Virus record (IMG/VR): IMGVR_UViG_3300032038_000041
Span: 1 to 64,000 of that record
From: a virus
Taxonomy: Duplodnaviria; Caudoviricetes
Length of the DNA: 64,000 nt
Reading direction: 5' to 3' (one strand)
Of this stretch, positions 10,312-19,304 are shown piece by piece. The notes under the pieces were generated by a model. It had not been told where the DNA came from. It saw only the letters and a program-made list of their open reading frames with translations, and made no database searches. The first letter of the stretch is position 1; the number at the start of each line of letters is the position of its first letter. A program made the position numbers and the translations under genes.

Positions 10312-10515
10312 TCATGGCTGACTAATATCCATATAAAATATCTCTCCAGTTGGCGGGTCAAGCGACTGTTCATCTATAGGAGTTCTAAAATAAATTTCTC
10401 TATCTTTTCGCCATGTATGTGTTTCACCTTTTTGGTAAGAAAACCAATTTCCTATTGTATATATTGAAGTAGTTGGAATATAAGGCGCAAATATATTGTT
10501 TTTAAATGATTTCAT
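10312..10515 (-). CDS. Hypothetical protein
   Basis: 67 aa; shares TWR(K/R)D(R/K)E with upstream ORF. Confidence 0.45.
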   Translation of the reverse strand: MKSFKNNIFAPYIPTTSIYTIGNWFSYQKGETHTWRKDREIYFRTPIDEQSLDPPTGEIFYMDISQP

Positions 10516-10735
10516 ATCCGGGATGTTTAATACATAATTTAGCTTCTTTTATAGCTTTATAGATATCCGTGAACATATAATATTCTTTATCTCTTCGCCA
10601 AGTTCTCATCTTTTCAGCCCACCTACCTTTAAGACTTTCTAATACATTACCCTCAAAATTATCATCTATTAATTCTTTACCAAAAGCCTTTCTCTGTTTC
10701 TCGGCATCTTGATTACTTTTTGATTTCTTACTCAT
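10502..10735 (-). CDS. Hypothetical protein (probable start MSKKSK)
   Basis: ORF track 10502..10819; start trimmed to fit operon packing. Confidence 0.5.
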   Translation of the reverse strand: MSKKSKSNQDAEKQRKAFGKELIDDNFEGNVLESLKGRWAEKMRTWRRDKEYYMFTDIYKAIKEAKLCIKHPGYEII

Positions 10736-10931
10736 AGCTTTTACGTTTATATCCATTAAATTTCCCACTATACTCATGACCATGTTTACATTGAAGATGA
10801 TATTCAATTGCTTCATCATCTGTCATATTTTGAAAATACGAATCTGTATAGGTATAGGTTTGTCGGGCTTTCCAATTACCTTTTTCCCAATCTAATTTAT
10901 CTGATTTATAGGTAGAAGTAATATGGGTCAT
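10728..10931 (-). CDS. Hypothetical protein
   Basis: ORF track 10728..10955; start trimmed to MTHITS. Confidence 0.45.
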   Translation of the reverse strand: MTHITSTYKSDKLDWEKGNWKARQTYTYTDSYFQNMTDDEAIEYHLQCKHGHEYSGKFNGYKRKSYE

Positions 10932-11667
10932 AATGAACTTTATAGTCTTCTCCAACTACTGAAACACATCTAACCTCAGTATCATTAATATACTCAGATT
11001 GATGATTGGATGTATGAAGATGACCATGAATTACTAGGTTTGGCTTACTATCTTCAATAAACTTTCTTAATTCTGGATTTCCAATGTGCTCTCCATCATA
11101 CCATTTACAAGACTTGTCCAAAATGATGTCACTACAGCCGTAAGGAGCATCATGACTAAGAACAATGCTTCTAATGACAGCGCTATTATCGTCAGGAAAT
11201 ATCTTATCATGAATAGCTTGGGGAGTTTCATTTCTGTATTGATCAAAAATAGTTTTTTGTTGATCTAAAGGAACCATAAAGGAGTAATTTCCAAAGGGTT
11301 TACAAAGTGGTGTTCCATAAATATGATAGACAACATATTCATCTCCAGGAACATTTTTTCCAGGAATTATTACAGATTCATTCTCTAAATAAGTTATCTT
11401 GTCATCTTTAATCATTTCTCTAAATACATCTCCATGTCTTTCAAAATAATCATCATGATTACCAGCTACAATTATAACCTGTAATACGGGTTGAGCTAAA
11501 CACCATGGAATAAATGTATTTTTAAGCCATTTTTTGCAACCATTACTCCTTCTCTCATATTTAATAGGAATGATGTCCCCAGCAATAAGTAAAATATCAG
11601 CTGGCTCAGTTAAAGAAACTAAGTTGCCGTGTAAATCACTTATCGCTACAAATTTTATTTTACTCAT
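10906..11667 (-). CDS. Metallophosphoesterase
   Basis: SDLHG, IAGD, AGNHD, SHDAP, HGHLH. Confidence 0.9.
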   Translation of the reverse strand: MSKIKFVAISDLHGNLVSLTEPADILLIAGDIIPIKYERRSNGCKKWLKNTFIPWCLAQPVLQVIIVAGNHDDYFERHGDVFREMIKDDKITYLENESVIIPGKNVPGDEYVVYHIYGTPLCKPFGNYSFMVPLDQQKTIFDQYRNETPQAIHDKIFPDDNSAVIRSIVLSHDAPYGCSDIILDKSCKWYDGEHIGNPELRKFIEDSKPNLVIHGHLHTSNHQSEYINDTEVRCVSVVGEDYKVHYDPYYFYL

Positions 11668-11734
11668 ACATTTATAAAGTTTAATTTATTCATTTCCACT
11701 AATAAGGAAGAAAAAGGAGAGGATAAGCATTTTA

Positions 11735-12274
11735 TTAACTTATCCCATTAAAATCATTCATCGTTTTTTCTATTCCATTATAAATGAAACTAAAAATCAT
11801 CTGAACAATTCGTTCAAAATTTATTTCCTTAAGTTCCTCTTCAGGAAATTCTCCTAAAACAAATTCTAACTGTTCTCCCTTTACATAGTTGTTACCAAGA
11901 CCAATTTTTAGTCTAGAGTACTTATTATTTCCTAAACAAGTCTCGATACTCTTTAGTCCATTGTGTCCCCCTGCACTGCCCCCATGTTTAGCTTTTATTG
12001 TTCCAAGAGGAAGTGAGAGATCATCAACCACGATTAATACTCCTTCTAGGGGAACTTTTTCTCTTGCCATCCAGTAATGAACTGCTTCACCACTAGAATT
12101 CATATAAGTATCAGGTTTAAGAAATATTGTATCTCCTTTTCTAGCTACCCAACCATATTTCTCTTTTTTGAAGTCTAAACCTTCAATATGTTCCAATGCC
12201 AGGAAACCAGAATTATGTCTAGTCTTAAAATATTTTGGTTCTGGATTTCCAAGTCCTACTATTAAATGTCTCAT
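11735..12274 (-). CDS. pth: Peptidyl-tRNA hydrolase (Pth1)
   Basis: LIVGLGNP..Y..TRHN.GF, LKP.TYMN.SG, DDL, GGHNGLKS. Confidence 0.95.
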   Translation of the reverse strand: MRHLIVGLGNPEPKYFKTRHNSGFLALEHIEGLDFKKEKYGWVARKGDTIFLKPDTYMNSSGEAVHYWMAREKVPLEGVLIVVDDLSLPLGTIKAKHGGSAGGHNGLKSIETCLGNNKYSRLKIGLGNNYVKGEQLEFVLGEFPEEELKEINFERIVQMIFSFIYNGIEKTMNDFNGIS

Positions 12275-12444
12275 AATAAATTCCTTAAACCAATTGGAAG
12301 ATCATCATCGTCATCTTCGCAATCATCCTCTAGTTCTGGTTTTACTGTATGGTGATTCTTTCTAAAACCAATATACTCTAATATATCTTTAATTGTTATC
12401 ATGTCTTTGAGAAGGAGTAAAATCCTTCTCTTATTAGGTTGTTT

Positions 12445-13506
12445 TTATTCAGGAATCTTGAAATCTTCGATATATGCTATAAGAAGATTGATACATGCTT
12501 CAATATCAACCCAACCACAGATTTCTACATTAGTGTGCATATTCAAATTAGGAAGTGATAGCAAATATGTTTCACAGTCTATCGACCTCCCTTGAATAGC
12601 TGTTGTATTTGTACCTCCTGCAGTTGAAACCTCAAATTGATATGGAATATTCTGCTCGTCACAAATTGCTTTCAGGACTTTCCCAATCCTTCTAGATTTG
12701 CCCCTACCATATGTGAGAACAACTCCCTTATTAATTGCTACATCACCAAACTTCTCCTTAGAGATACCTTGTTCAGATTCTGTACTAGGAGTAACATCAA
12801 TATCAATACTAAGATCTGGATTGATTGCATTTGAGGCAATACCTGCTCCCACTAATCCACGTTCTTCATCACTAAAACCAAGTCCCCAAAGTGTTATACC
12901 ATCAGGAACTTTCACCCTCTTCATGACTTCAGCTACAATGTAAATACCTGCCTGATCATCAAGATCTTTGGACATTATTTTATCTTTCTTCGGACCAAAT
13001 TCATAGATACTTTGTCCGGAATGAAATACAATAGAATCACCTACTGCAATGCCCATCTCTTTTACTTCATCCTTGGAAGATGCTCCTACATTTACTAGAA
13101 TCTTATCCCAAGAATCAACCATCTTTCTTTGTTCTGGAGATTCTACATGAATGGGTGCTTTTCCAATAATACCAGTAACAATTCCATTATCCTGTGTAAT
13201 AATATCTACAATTTGCCCAGGCATTATCTTTTTATCAGAGCCTCCATTAGGAACCACATGAAGAAAACCATGCTCTGTAATACATTGAATCATAAGACCA
13301 ATATTATCATAGTGAGCTCCAATCATCAACCTAAAATTACCAGTTCCTTTGGTAACAGCAGCATTAAAATTTCTATCAATTCCTTTAGAACGAACTCCTT
13401 CGCCCTTTAAACATTCGTCAATGAAAACTTTAGCAATAGTACCTTCATCTCCACTAGGACTAGGCGTTTCAATCAATTTTTTCAAAAATTCAATATTTCT
13501 TTCCAT
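12445..13506 (-). CDS. M42/M20 family metalloaminopeptidase
   Basis: PSPSGDE, AHYDNIG, KDLDD, DEERGL.GA, IDIDVT, MHT. Confidence 0.9.
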   Translation of the reverse strand: MERNIEFLKKLIETPSPSGDEGTIAKVFIDECLKGEGVRSKGIDRNFNAAVTKGTGNFRLMIGAHYDNIGLMIQCITEHGFLHVVPNGGSDKKIMPGQIVDIITQDNGIVTGIIGKAPIHVESPEQRKMVDSWDKILVNVGASSKDEVKEMGIAVGDSIVFHSGQSIYEFGPKKDKIMSKDLDDQAGIYIVAEVMKRVKVPDGITLWGLGFSDEERGLVGAGIASNAINPDLSIDIDVTPSTESEQGISKEKFGDVAINKGVVLTYGRGKSRRIGKVLKAICDEQNIPYQFEVSTAGGTNTTAIQGRSIDCETYLLSLPNLNMHTNVEICGWVDIEACINLLIAYIEDFKIPE

Positions 13507-13553
13507 TTTTATTTGTTATTTTTAACACATTAGTAAGGAAAAGAAAGGAGAAA

Positions 13554-14048
13554 TTAATCTCCTTTATTCTTTTTAGCTAATGCTTTAAGTTTATTACTAA
13601 TCATTCTTTTCCTAAAAGATGATATTTTATCAATAAATAATACTCCATCTAAGTGATCCACCTCGTGCTGTAATATTCTAGCTTTCATACCATCAAGCTC
13701 TACTTCAACATGGTTCCAATCAGGATAAGTATCATACTCTAGTTTTATTCTCTTAGGCCTATCTACTGATTCATAGATTCCTGGGATACTTAAACAACCC
13801 TCATACATCGAACAAGTCTCTTCACTAGTTTCAGTTATGTATGGATTCAAAAATACATCTTCATCCTTCTGACCAATTATTACTATAGATTTATTAAAAC
13901 CAACTTGAGGTGCTGCTAATCCAACTCCTCCCTTTGAAGCAGCTAGAGTTTTTCTCATAGTTTCTAGGATAGAGATTAGCTCTGCCTGACCTTGTATTAC
14001 ATCTTCAGACTCTTGTCGAAGAATTTTTTGTCCATAATATTTTATCAT
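13554..14048 (-). CDS. def: Peptide deformylase
   Basis: GVGLAAPQVG, EGCLS, QHEVDHLDG. Confidence 0.95.
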   Translation of the reverse strand: MIKYYGQKILRQESEDVIQGQAELISILETMRKTLAASKGGVGLAAPQVGFNKSIVIIGQKDEDVFLNPYITETSEETCSMYEGCLSIPGIYESVDRPKRIKLEYDTYPDWNHVEVELDGMKARILQHEVDHLDGVLFIDKISSFRKRMISNKLKALAKKNKGD

Positions 14049-14305
14049 CTTGTCTCTATAAATATAACTTTTCCTTCAAGAGCTCCCCATTCAGAACTCT
14101 CTTTGAAAACTTTTGTTTTAGGCTCATACTCTGATTCCATTGGCTCAGTCAAGTACTATAAAGAAGTTTCCTTCCACGTAGCTTCTATTAATTTCTGACC
14201 TGGATCAAGTTTAATCGTTGTTGTTCCTCCAAAATTTCTTGCAAATTTCTGATCACACGATGTTATTGCAAAACATAACATTAATACTATTAATATCTTT
14301 TTCAT
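14045..14305 (-). CDS. Phage lipoprotein, 86 codons with one internal TAG (14156-14158)
   Basis: MKKILIVLMLCFAITSCDQKFARNFGG...ATWKETSL*YLTEPM...EGKVIFIETR; lipobox; terminal TGA overlaps def ATG; promoter motif at 14308-14320. Confidence 0.75.
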
Positions 14306-14354
14306 ATCATATATAAGGAAAAAGAAAGGGAGATTAAACTCCCTATATTTTATT

Positions 14355-14792
14355 TTACTGTTTTCTTCTATTAAAGTACTTCATTACCTTGTTGAAGTAT
14401 CTGTTAGTACTCTTTATTGAATATCTTGGACCTCCATTCCAAAGTCGTATTGCTCTCTCAATGTTATGCTTTGGGTTATACTTATTTTGAATTAAAGCAA
14501 ACATCTCTCTAGACTTTTTTGGGTTGTACCGATCAGATAAAGAGTACTTTTGTGTTCTAAGAATAATATTACATTCTTTAACACATATTGGAGTTATTTG
14601 GAGTATACCAACAGAGTTTCCACACCTTGCTCTTGGATTACCACCACTCTCTACTTGAATGATAGCCTCAATTAATCTATTCCAATTCTCTTCACTAGTG
14701 TTAAAAATACTATCTTCCTCTATATTTTGAGCGCCTACACTAGCTAAAGACGTAAAAAACATAGTCATAATAATTAAAAAATTTCTCATCAT
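14355..14792 (-). CDS. Lytic transglycosylase (SLT-like) with N-terminal signal/anchor
   Basis: AIIQVESGGNP.A, VGILQI, AIRLWNGG. Confidence 0.85.
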   Translation of the reverse strand: MMRNFLIIMTMFFTSLASVGAQNIEEDSIFNTSEENWNRLIEAIIQVESGGNPRARCGNSVGILQITPICVKECNIILRTQKYSLSDRYNPKKSREMFALIQNKYNPKHNIERAIRLWNGGPRYSIKSTNRYFNKVMKYFNRRKQ

Positions 14793-14993
14793 AATTCTGA
14801 TTTACGAGGTAGACCAATAAAATAAGGCCAATCAACTAAACGCTACGCTGAGACTCTACATTAGTTGATAATTTTCCTCAAATTAAATTAAATTCTCTTT
14901 AGCCATCACATTTGTAATAGCATTCTCTACAAACAGTTTTAAAAATTAAAAGATAAGTCGTTAATCAACTTATCCAATCCATCGTTATCTTTG

Positions 14994-15065
14994 TAGCCGG
15001 TAGGGGAATCGAACCCCTCTTGCAAGAATGAAAATCTTGAGTACTAACCGATATACGAACCGGCC
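14994..15065 (-). tRNA. tRNA-Glu(TTC)
   Basis: Cloverleaf; CAAGA-TTTTCAT-TCTTG; TTCGATT T-loop. Confidence 0.9.
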
Positions 15066-15094
15066 ATATATCACGTGTCTATTATTAATACGAG

Positions 15095-15166
15095 AGACGA
15101 GTACTGGAATCAAACCAGTCTAACAGGTTTTGCAGACCTGTGCCTAAATCACTCGGCCAACTCGTC
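15095..15166 (-). tRNA. tRNA-Cys(GCA)
   Basis: CAGGT-CTGCAAA-ACCTG; U73. Confidence 0.9.
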
Positions 15167-15172
15167 ATTTTG

Positions 15173-15244
15173 TGCACCCTCTGTGTGCTGACCACAGGAC
15201 CCCAATATTAAAAGTATTGTGCTCTACCGCTGAGCTAAGGGTGC
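15173..15244 (-). tRNA. tRNA-Lys(TTT), atypical T-loop GTCAGCA
   Basis: GCACCCT/AGGGTGC acceptor; CAATA-CTTTTAA-TATTG. Confidence 0.85.
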
Positions 15245-15271
15245 TTGTTATTTATTATAAGTGTCTAAAAG

Positions 15272-15345
15272 TGGGCCATGCTGGGCTTGGACCAACGACC
15301 TTCAGATTATGAGTCTGCTGCTCTAACCAACTGAGCTAAAGGCCC
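15272..15345 (-). tRNA. tRNA-CAT (probably Ile2)
   Basis: GGGCCTTTAGCTCAGTTGGTTAGAGC; CAGA-CTCATAA-TCTG. Confidence 0.8.
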
Positions 15346-15350
15346 AAAGG

Positions 15351-15434
15351 TGCCGGAAACAGAAATCGAATCTGCACGGGCGCAATGCCCAAGGGGGTTT
15401 AAACCCCTCGTGTCTACCATTCCACCATTCCGGC
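15351..15434 (-). tRNA. tRNA-Leu(TAA)
   Basis: Anticodon loop TTTAAAC, long variable arm, A73. Confidence 0.9.
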
Positions 15435-15471
15435 TTTAATTTTCTATTGTTATGTCTTTATGTCCATCATG

Positions 15472-15552
15472 TGCGAATGAATGGATTCTAACCGATACGC
15501 ATTTATGCACTAGTTCCTAAGACTAGCATATCTACCATTCCACCACACTCGC
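15472..15552 (-). tRNA. tRNA-Leu(TAG)
   Basis: CTAGT-CTTAGGA-ACTAG, long variable arm. Confidence 0.85.
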
Positions 15553-15559
15553 ATTCTTG

Positions 15560-15966
15560 TTCTCCGTATCAGATTCAAACTGATGACCCACAGCTTAGCT
15601 TACCATCTATAGTTTTCACTACCCTATATTAATAATATAAGTTTGTGGTCTGGACTATTTCTTAACCATGCTATTTCTAGTTTAGGCAATCCCTATATAG
15701 TCTCTACGCACTGCACCTATCTCTAGGGCTTGGCACGTCGTTGGCATATTTATTTCTAAACTTAGCTTTCGTCGTTTAGGGGATTTTCTACATTCTCAGT
15801 TTCCCGAGATGCACTCCTATTTCTTCGTAGGACTTATTTTTCTTGAGTATTAATTTCTCAAGGTTTTCTTTTTCTTTATTCCATTTACTGTCCATAAATT
15901 AAAAGATTTTTTATAAGCCTACGTTAACTTAAAGGCTGTTGCTCTATTCAACTGAGCTAACGGAGA
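15560..15966 (-). tRNA. tRNA-Arg(TCT) split by a group I intron (exons 15932-15966 and 15560-15598)
   Basis: Joined exons give TCTCCGTTAGCTCAGTTGAATAGAGCAACAGC-CTT|CTAA-GCTGTGGGTCATCAGTTTGAATCTGATACGGAGAA. Confidence 0.85.
15599..15931 (-). ncRNA. Group I intron in the tRNA-Arg anticodon
   Basis: Follows a U, ends in G; P7 elements GTAGAGACTATA and AAGAAATAGTCCA; AGGCT guide pairs with exon AGCCT. Confidence 0.85.
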
Positions 15967-16003
15967 ATGCTTTATTTTCCAATATTAAGGATTTCGAGGG
16001 TCT

Positions 16004-17317
16004 TTAGTTCTTTTCTTTTTTAAGCTCATTAAAAGTATAACCAAGTGAATTATAAAACTTTCGAACTTTTCTAAGAGAGTTTAGGTCGATATTTAATTTT
16101 TCCGCAACATTATTCCATGTAGTCAGAGAATTATATAAATTTTGTAAATATTCCGGAGAAATTATTTCATTATTATCTTTTCTAAAAAATATCGGATCAA
16201 GTTTTGTTTTAACAGTTTTTCCAGACGAGTTCAATACTTCAACCTCTGTTTTAATAGAATTAGATCTAATTCTATTAGATTCGATTATAGTATTCAATTG
16301 TTCCTGAGAAAATACTCTCCCCTTTCTCCAACCTTCTGGAATTTTATCATTATAAATTTTTTTATTTTCTATTCCATTGGTTATCCAGGCACTTCCATAA
16401 GATCCATTTCTCTCTCCAGTCTTTTTAGCAATAGTTTCTATAGATTGTTTCTTCCCATTCGTTATTCCGATAAATTTTCCAGAAACATATCGTGGGTCAT
16501 CAATATCCATACACACAGCCTTTTTCTCTGGATCATTTTTGTCAAAAACTACTACTTTTCCTTTTGTTGAAGAATATCCTACACTTATATATTTTATATT
16601 TTTATACCGCTTATACTCTTCTTGTGAAACTGTTATTATTTTATTCGTAACAGTTCCATTTTCTATTAAATATACACAAACTTTTCCTGTACTTGCTGTT
16701 TCGTACTTATCTTTATTTTGGTGATACTCCTCTTGGGTTACTATAAACCAATTACTTTCTTTAATATTCCCTTTTAATTTTACGACTACATTTTGTTCTG
16801 TGGTAGTTTTATAAATTTCTTGATTATTATAATACTCTTCCTTCTCTATTAGAAATGCTTTAGAAGTTGGATCATCTTTTAAGAAAACACAAACTTTCCC
16901 TAAAGGACTATCTCCTCCTCCAACAACTCGATTATAGCATTTAGGATCTTTTACTAGGTCTATAGTTACTATTTCGGCTTCTTTTTTACGAATCTCCTGC
17001 CTAGTATTGAGAATTACAACTATTTCTTTAGTAAAATTTTCAATACCTTCTTCCTTAATTGCTTCTCGTATACCTGTTCCGGATCCCCAGTAACCATCAT
17101 TTATTGGCTCCTTCTTAAGCGATTTTGGGATAGAGTGAATACCGTAGTAAAACATTTTATTTACTTTATTAGTAATTTTATAAACATAGTGAATATATTC
17201 TGGATTATGAATTTCCCACCACTCATCTGGTTTTTCATGACAATCCAATGAATTACTCACTCGAGAATCTAGATTAGGTTGATTGTTAGTTTTTGAAATT
17301 AAATTATTTTCCTTCAT
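16004..17317 (-). CDS. Free-standing GIY-YIG (Seg-like) homing endonuclease
   Basis: HYVYKITN..N.MFYYGIH, YWGSG, ENF.KEI, CYN; repeated GKVCV C-terminal modules. Confidence 0.85.
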   Translation of the reverse strand: MKENNLISKTNNQPNLDSRVSNSLDCHEKPDEWWEIHNPEYIHYVYKITNKVNKMFYYGIHSIPKSLKKEPINDGYWGSGTGIREAIKEEGIENFTKEIVVILNTRQEIRKKEAEIVTIDLVKDPKCYNRVVGGGDSPLGKVCVFLKDDPTSKAFLIEKEEYYNNQEIYKTTTEQNVVVKLKGNIKESNWFIVTQEEYHQNKDKYETASTGKVCVYLIENGTVTNKIITVSQEEYKRYKNIKYISVGYSSTKGKVVVFDKNDPEKKAVCMDIDDPRYVSGKFIGITNGKKQSIETIAKKTGERNGSYGSAWITNGIENKKIYNDKIPEGWRKGRVFSQEQLNTIIESNRIRSNSIKTEVEVLNSSGKTVKTKLDPIFFRKDNNEIISPEYLQNLYNSLTTWNNVAEKLNIDLNSLRKVRKFYNSLGYTFNELKKEKN

Positions 17318-17393
17318 AAAATTTATATTTTAATTTGATTCAATCAAAAAAAAGAAGAGGTTTGCAAAAATAGCTCATACCCCTTCTTTTAGG

Positions 17394-17481
17394 CGGAGAG
17401 TACTGGATTCGAACCAGTGGCACGTTATTAGCGTACGCCGACTTAGCAGGTCGGTGGTTTAAGCCACTCACCCAACTCTCC
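17394..17481 (-). tRNA. tRNA-Ser(GCT)
   Basis: CCGAC-CTGCTAA-GTCGG, long variable arm, G73. Confidence 0.9.
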
Positions 17482-17496
17482 AAATTTTTATTTTTG

Positions 17497-17565
17497 TGAC
17501 CCAGCTAGGTGTCTATCCTAGTACAGAGAATTTTAGGGATTCTCCTCCGTGACGACGGCAAGGCC
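17497..17565 (-). tRNA. Atypical tRNA-like RNA with CTA anticodon (tRNA-Pyl-like geometry)
   Basis: GGCCTTG/CTGGGTC, D arm CCGT-CGTC-ACGG, GAGAAT-CCCTAAA-ATTCTC, T arm CTAGG-ATAGACA-CCTAG. Confidence 0.6.
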
Positions 17566-17607
17566 ATTTGACCACTTTTAAAGTCAGTGGTCACGACTGT
17601 TTAATAA

Positions 17608-18291
17608 TTAAGGCCATTCACCAAGTGGCTTTCCAAAATCACCGCCTTTTACACCTTTTGTTGGGTTAAAGGCAGGATTCCAGTTGCTAATCTCACCAGT
17701 AACGGCATCTACAAAAATTACATCATAAACATCACCAATGACCCATTGAACATTACACTCACATGGACCGACAGGATAACGTAATGACATTCCCTTAGCA
17801 GGAGGAATTATTCCATTCCATTCCTTCAAACGTTTTAGTACATCCTCTGCATTCAGTTTAATCTCTTTTTTGCTCATATCAGCATCCTCAATCCATACAT
17901 CATTGATTGCAGGTGGAATGAGCGTTCCCTTTTTCACATCAGTCGTGATAAACTGAACCTGTGGTCCTTTCTCCTTGTTCCAATAGTAGAACACATCAGT
18001 AACATCAGTTACATGCAGATCGTCAATAGTTTCAAGTTTAATGCTATCATTAAATAGCACATTTGAATTTCTCCATTCATAATCACCCGTTACAGATTTT
18101 TCATTCTGTACGATGCCAAACATGGTTTGACGATGCAATGCTTGAATGTGAGCTACACCAGCTGTGAAATCCTGTACTACCCCATCATAATCAGCACCGC
18201 TAAGTTTTTGTTCACCGTTAGACTTACATGATTCACATGCAATCAGGCTAACCAGAGCTATGGCAGCCAAAAATAAGATAATTTTCTTCAT
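17608..18291 (-). CDS. Lipoprotein with PepSY-like C-terminus
   Basis: Lipobox LIAC; IFVDAVTGEI. Confidence 0.7.
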   Translation of the reverse strand: MKKIILFLAAIALVSLIACESCKSNGEQKLSGADYDGVVQDFTAGVAHIQALHRQTMFGIVQNEKSVTGDYEWRNSNVLFNDSIKLETIDDLHVTDVTDVFYYWNKEKGPQVQFITTDVKKGTLIPPAINDVWIEDADMSKKEIKLNAEDVLKRLKEWNGIIPPAKGMSLRYPVGPCECNVQWVIGDVYDVIFVDAVTGEISNWNPAFNPTKGVKGGDFGKPLGEWP

Positions 18292-18576
18292 TTAATTAAT
18301 TTTTTTTAAAGTTTTCATTTCTCCAACTACAGTCAAAAACACAGTTTTCTTCTGTCTTTCATCATAGATATCTTAACCTTTGTAAAGATTTTAATATCAT
18401 TTTAAGCAATTGTTATGAATCCAATGAATTAAGTACAGTGGCAAGAGTAAAGGCCAAATTACACTAAAATAAATCTTCTCATCTTTAGACTTATCTTCCC
18501 ACTTATTGATGTACTTATTATAAGCAATGAATCCACCAATAATCCAAACAAGTAAAACAATAATCCAAATCATAGT

Positions 18577-19134
18577 TTAAAATTCTTTAATTTCTCCTGT
18601 TTCGGAATTTACTTTTACAAAATGATTTCCTTTATGACTGCCAAACACATACGAAGCCTCTTTATCAAAAGGAGGTTGATCCGGTCGGCGATATGTCATT
18701 AATTTAGTATGTGGTTGTCGAATATTAGCCTCTTTTAACATTGTAAATGCTTGTTTAAATCCAATAGTAGGTGTCGCCTTTGCAGGTAAATTACCAACCC
18801 AATAGTTATGAACTTCATTTACAATAGGAGCTGTATTAATTGCATGCTGAATAATTATACATGTATCAGCATTAAGCGCTTGGAATACTGTAGTTAATTC
18901 AGTAATTACAATTGAATCTTCAACCTCATCGACAAACTTATCAAAAATAGCTTGTGCCTCATAGAAATGGATTACTCCATACTTTTCAGCAATTTTGGTA
19001 CTATCTGTTTTAATAATTTTGTCAAAGTTAAGAACAGTTTCAACTTGTGTTAACTGCTCATTTTTCTTCTCATTACAAGCAACAAATATAAACAATGTTG
19101 CCATCATAATCATACATAAAATTAATTTCTTCAT
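18577..19134 (-). CDS. Lipoprotein, probable paralogue of 17608-18291
   Basis: Lipobox FVAC; VKVNSETGEI; similar R.P..P segment. Confidence 0.7.
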   Translation of the reverse strand: MKKLILCMIMMATLFIFVACNEKKNEQLTQVETVLNFDKIIKTDSTKIAEKYGVIHFYEAQAIFDKFVDEVEDSIVITELTTVFQALNADTCIIIQHAINTAPIVNEVHNYWVGNLPAKATPTIGFKQAFTMLKEANIRQPHTKLMTYRRPDQPPFDKEASYVFGSHKGNHFVKVNSETGEIKEF

Positions 19135-19171
19135 GTGTTCTATTTAATTAATTCTGGATTATATAAATCCG

Positions 19172-19246
19172 TCGGAATGACAGGTGCCGCCCCTGCTTTC
19201 TTCTTGTTCCCAAAACAAGTGCCCATCGCTGACAGGCTCCATTCCG
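19172..19246 (-). tRNA. tRNA-Pro(TGG), atypical T-loop GGCGGCA
   Basis: CGGAATG/CATTCCG acceptor; CTTGT-TTTGGGA-ACAAG. Confidence 0.8.
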
Positions 19247-19304
19247 TACAAAACACCTTATTTTCTCGTATATAAGAATTTAAGGTGCTAATATTTTGCA
19301 TTTT

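Noticed and set aside
15925-15940. Apparent ochre (TTA) anticodon in CTTTAAG
   Set aside because: This is the exon-intron boundary; the anticodon stem forms only after splicing to give TCT
18296-18400. Short ORF with internal TGA suggesting opal read-through
   Set aside because: Single weak case, no UCA tRNA seen, and TGA is used as a normal stop throughout
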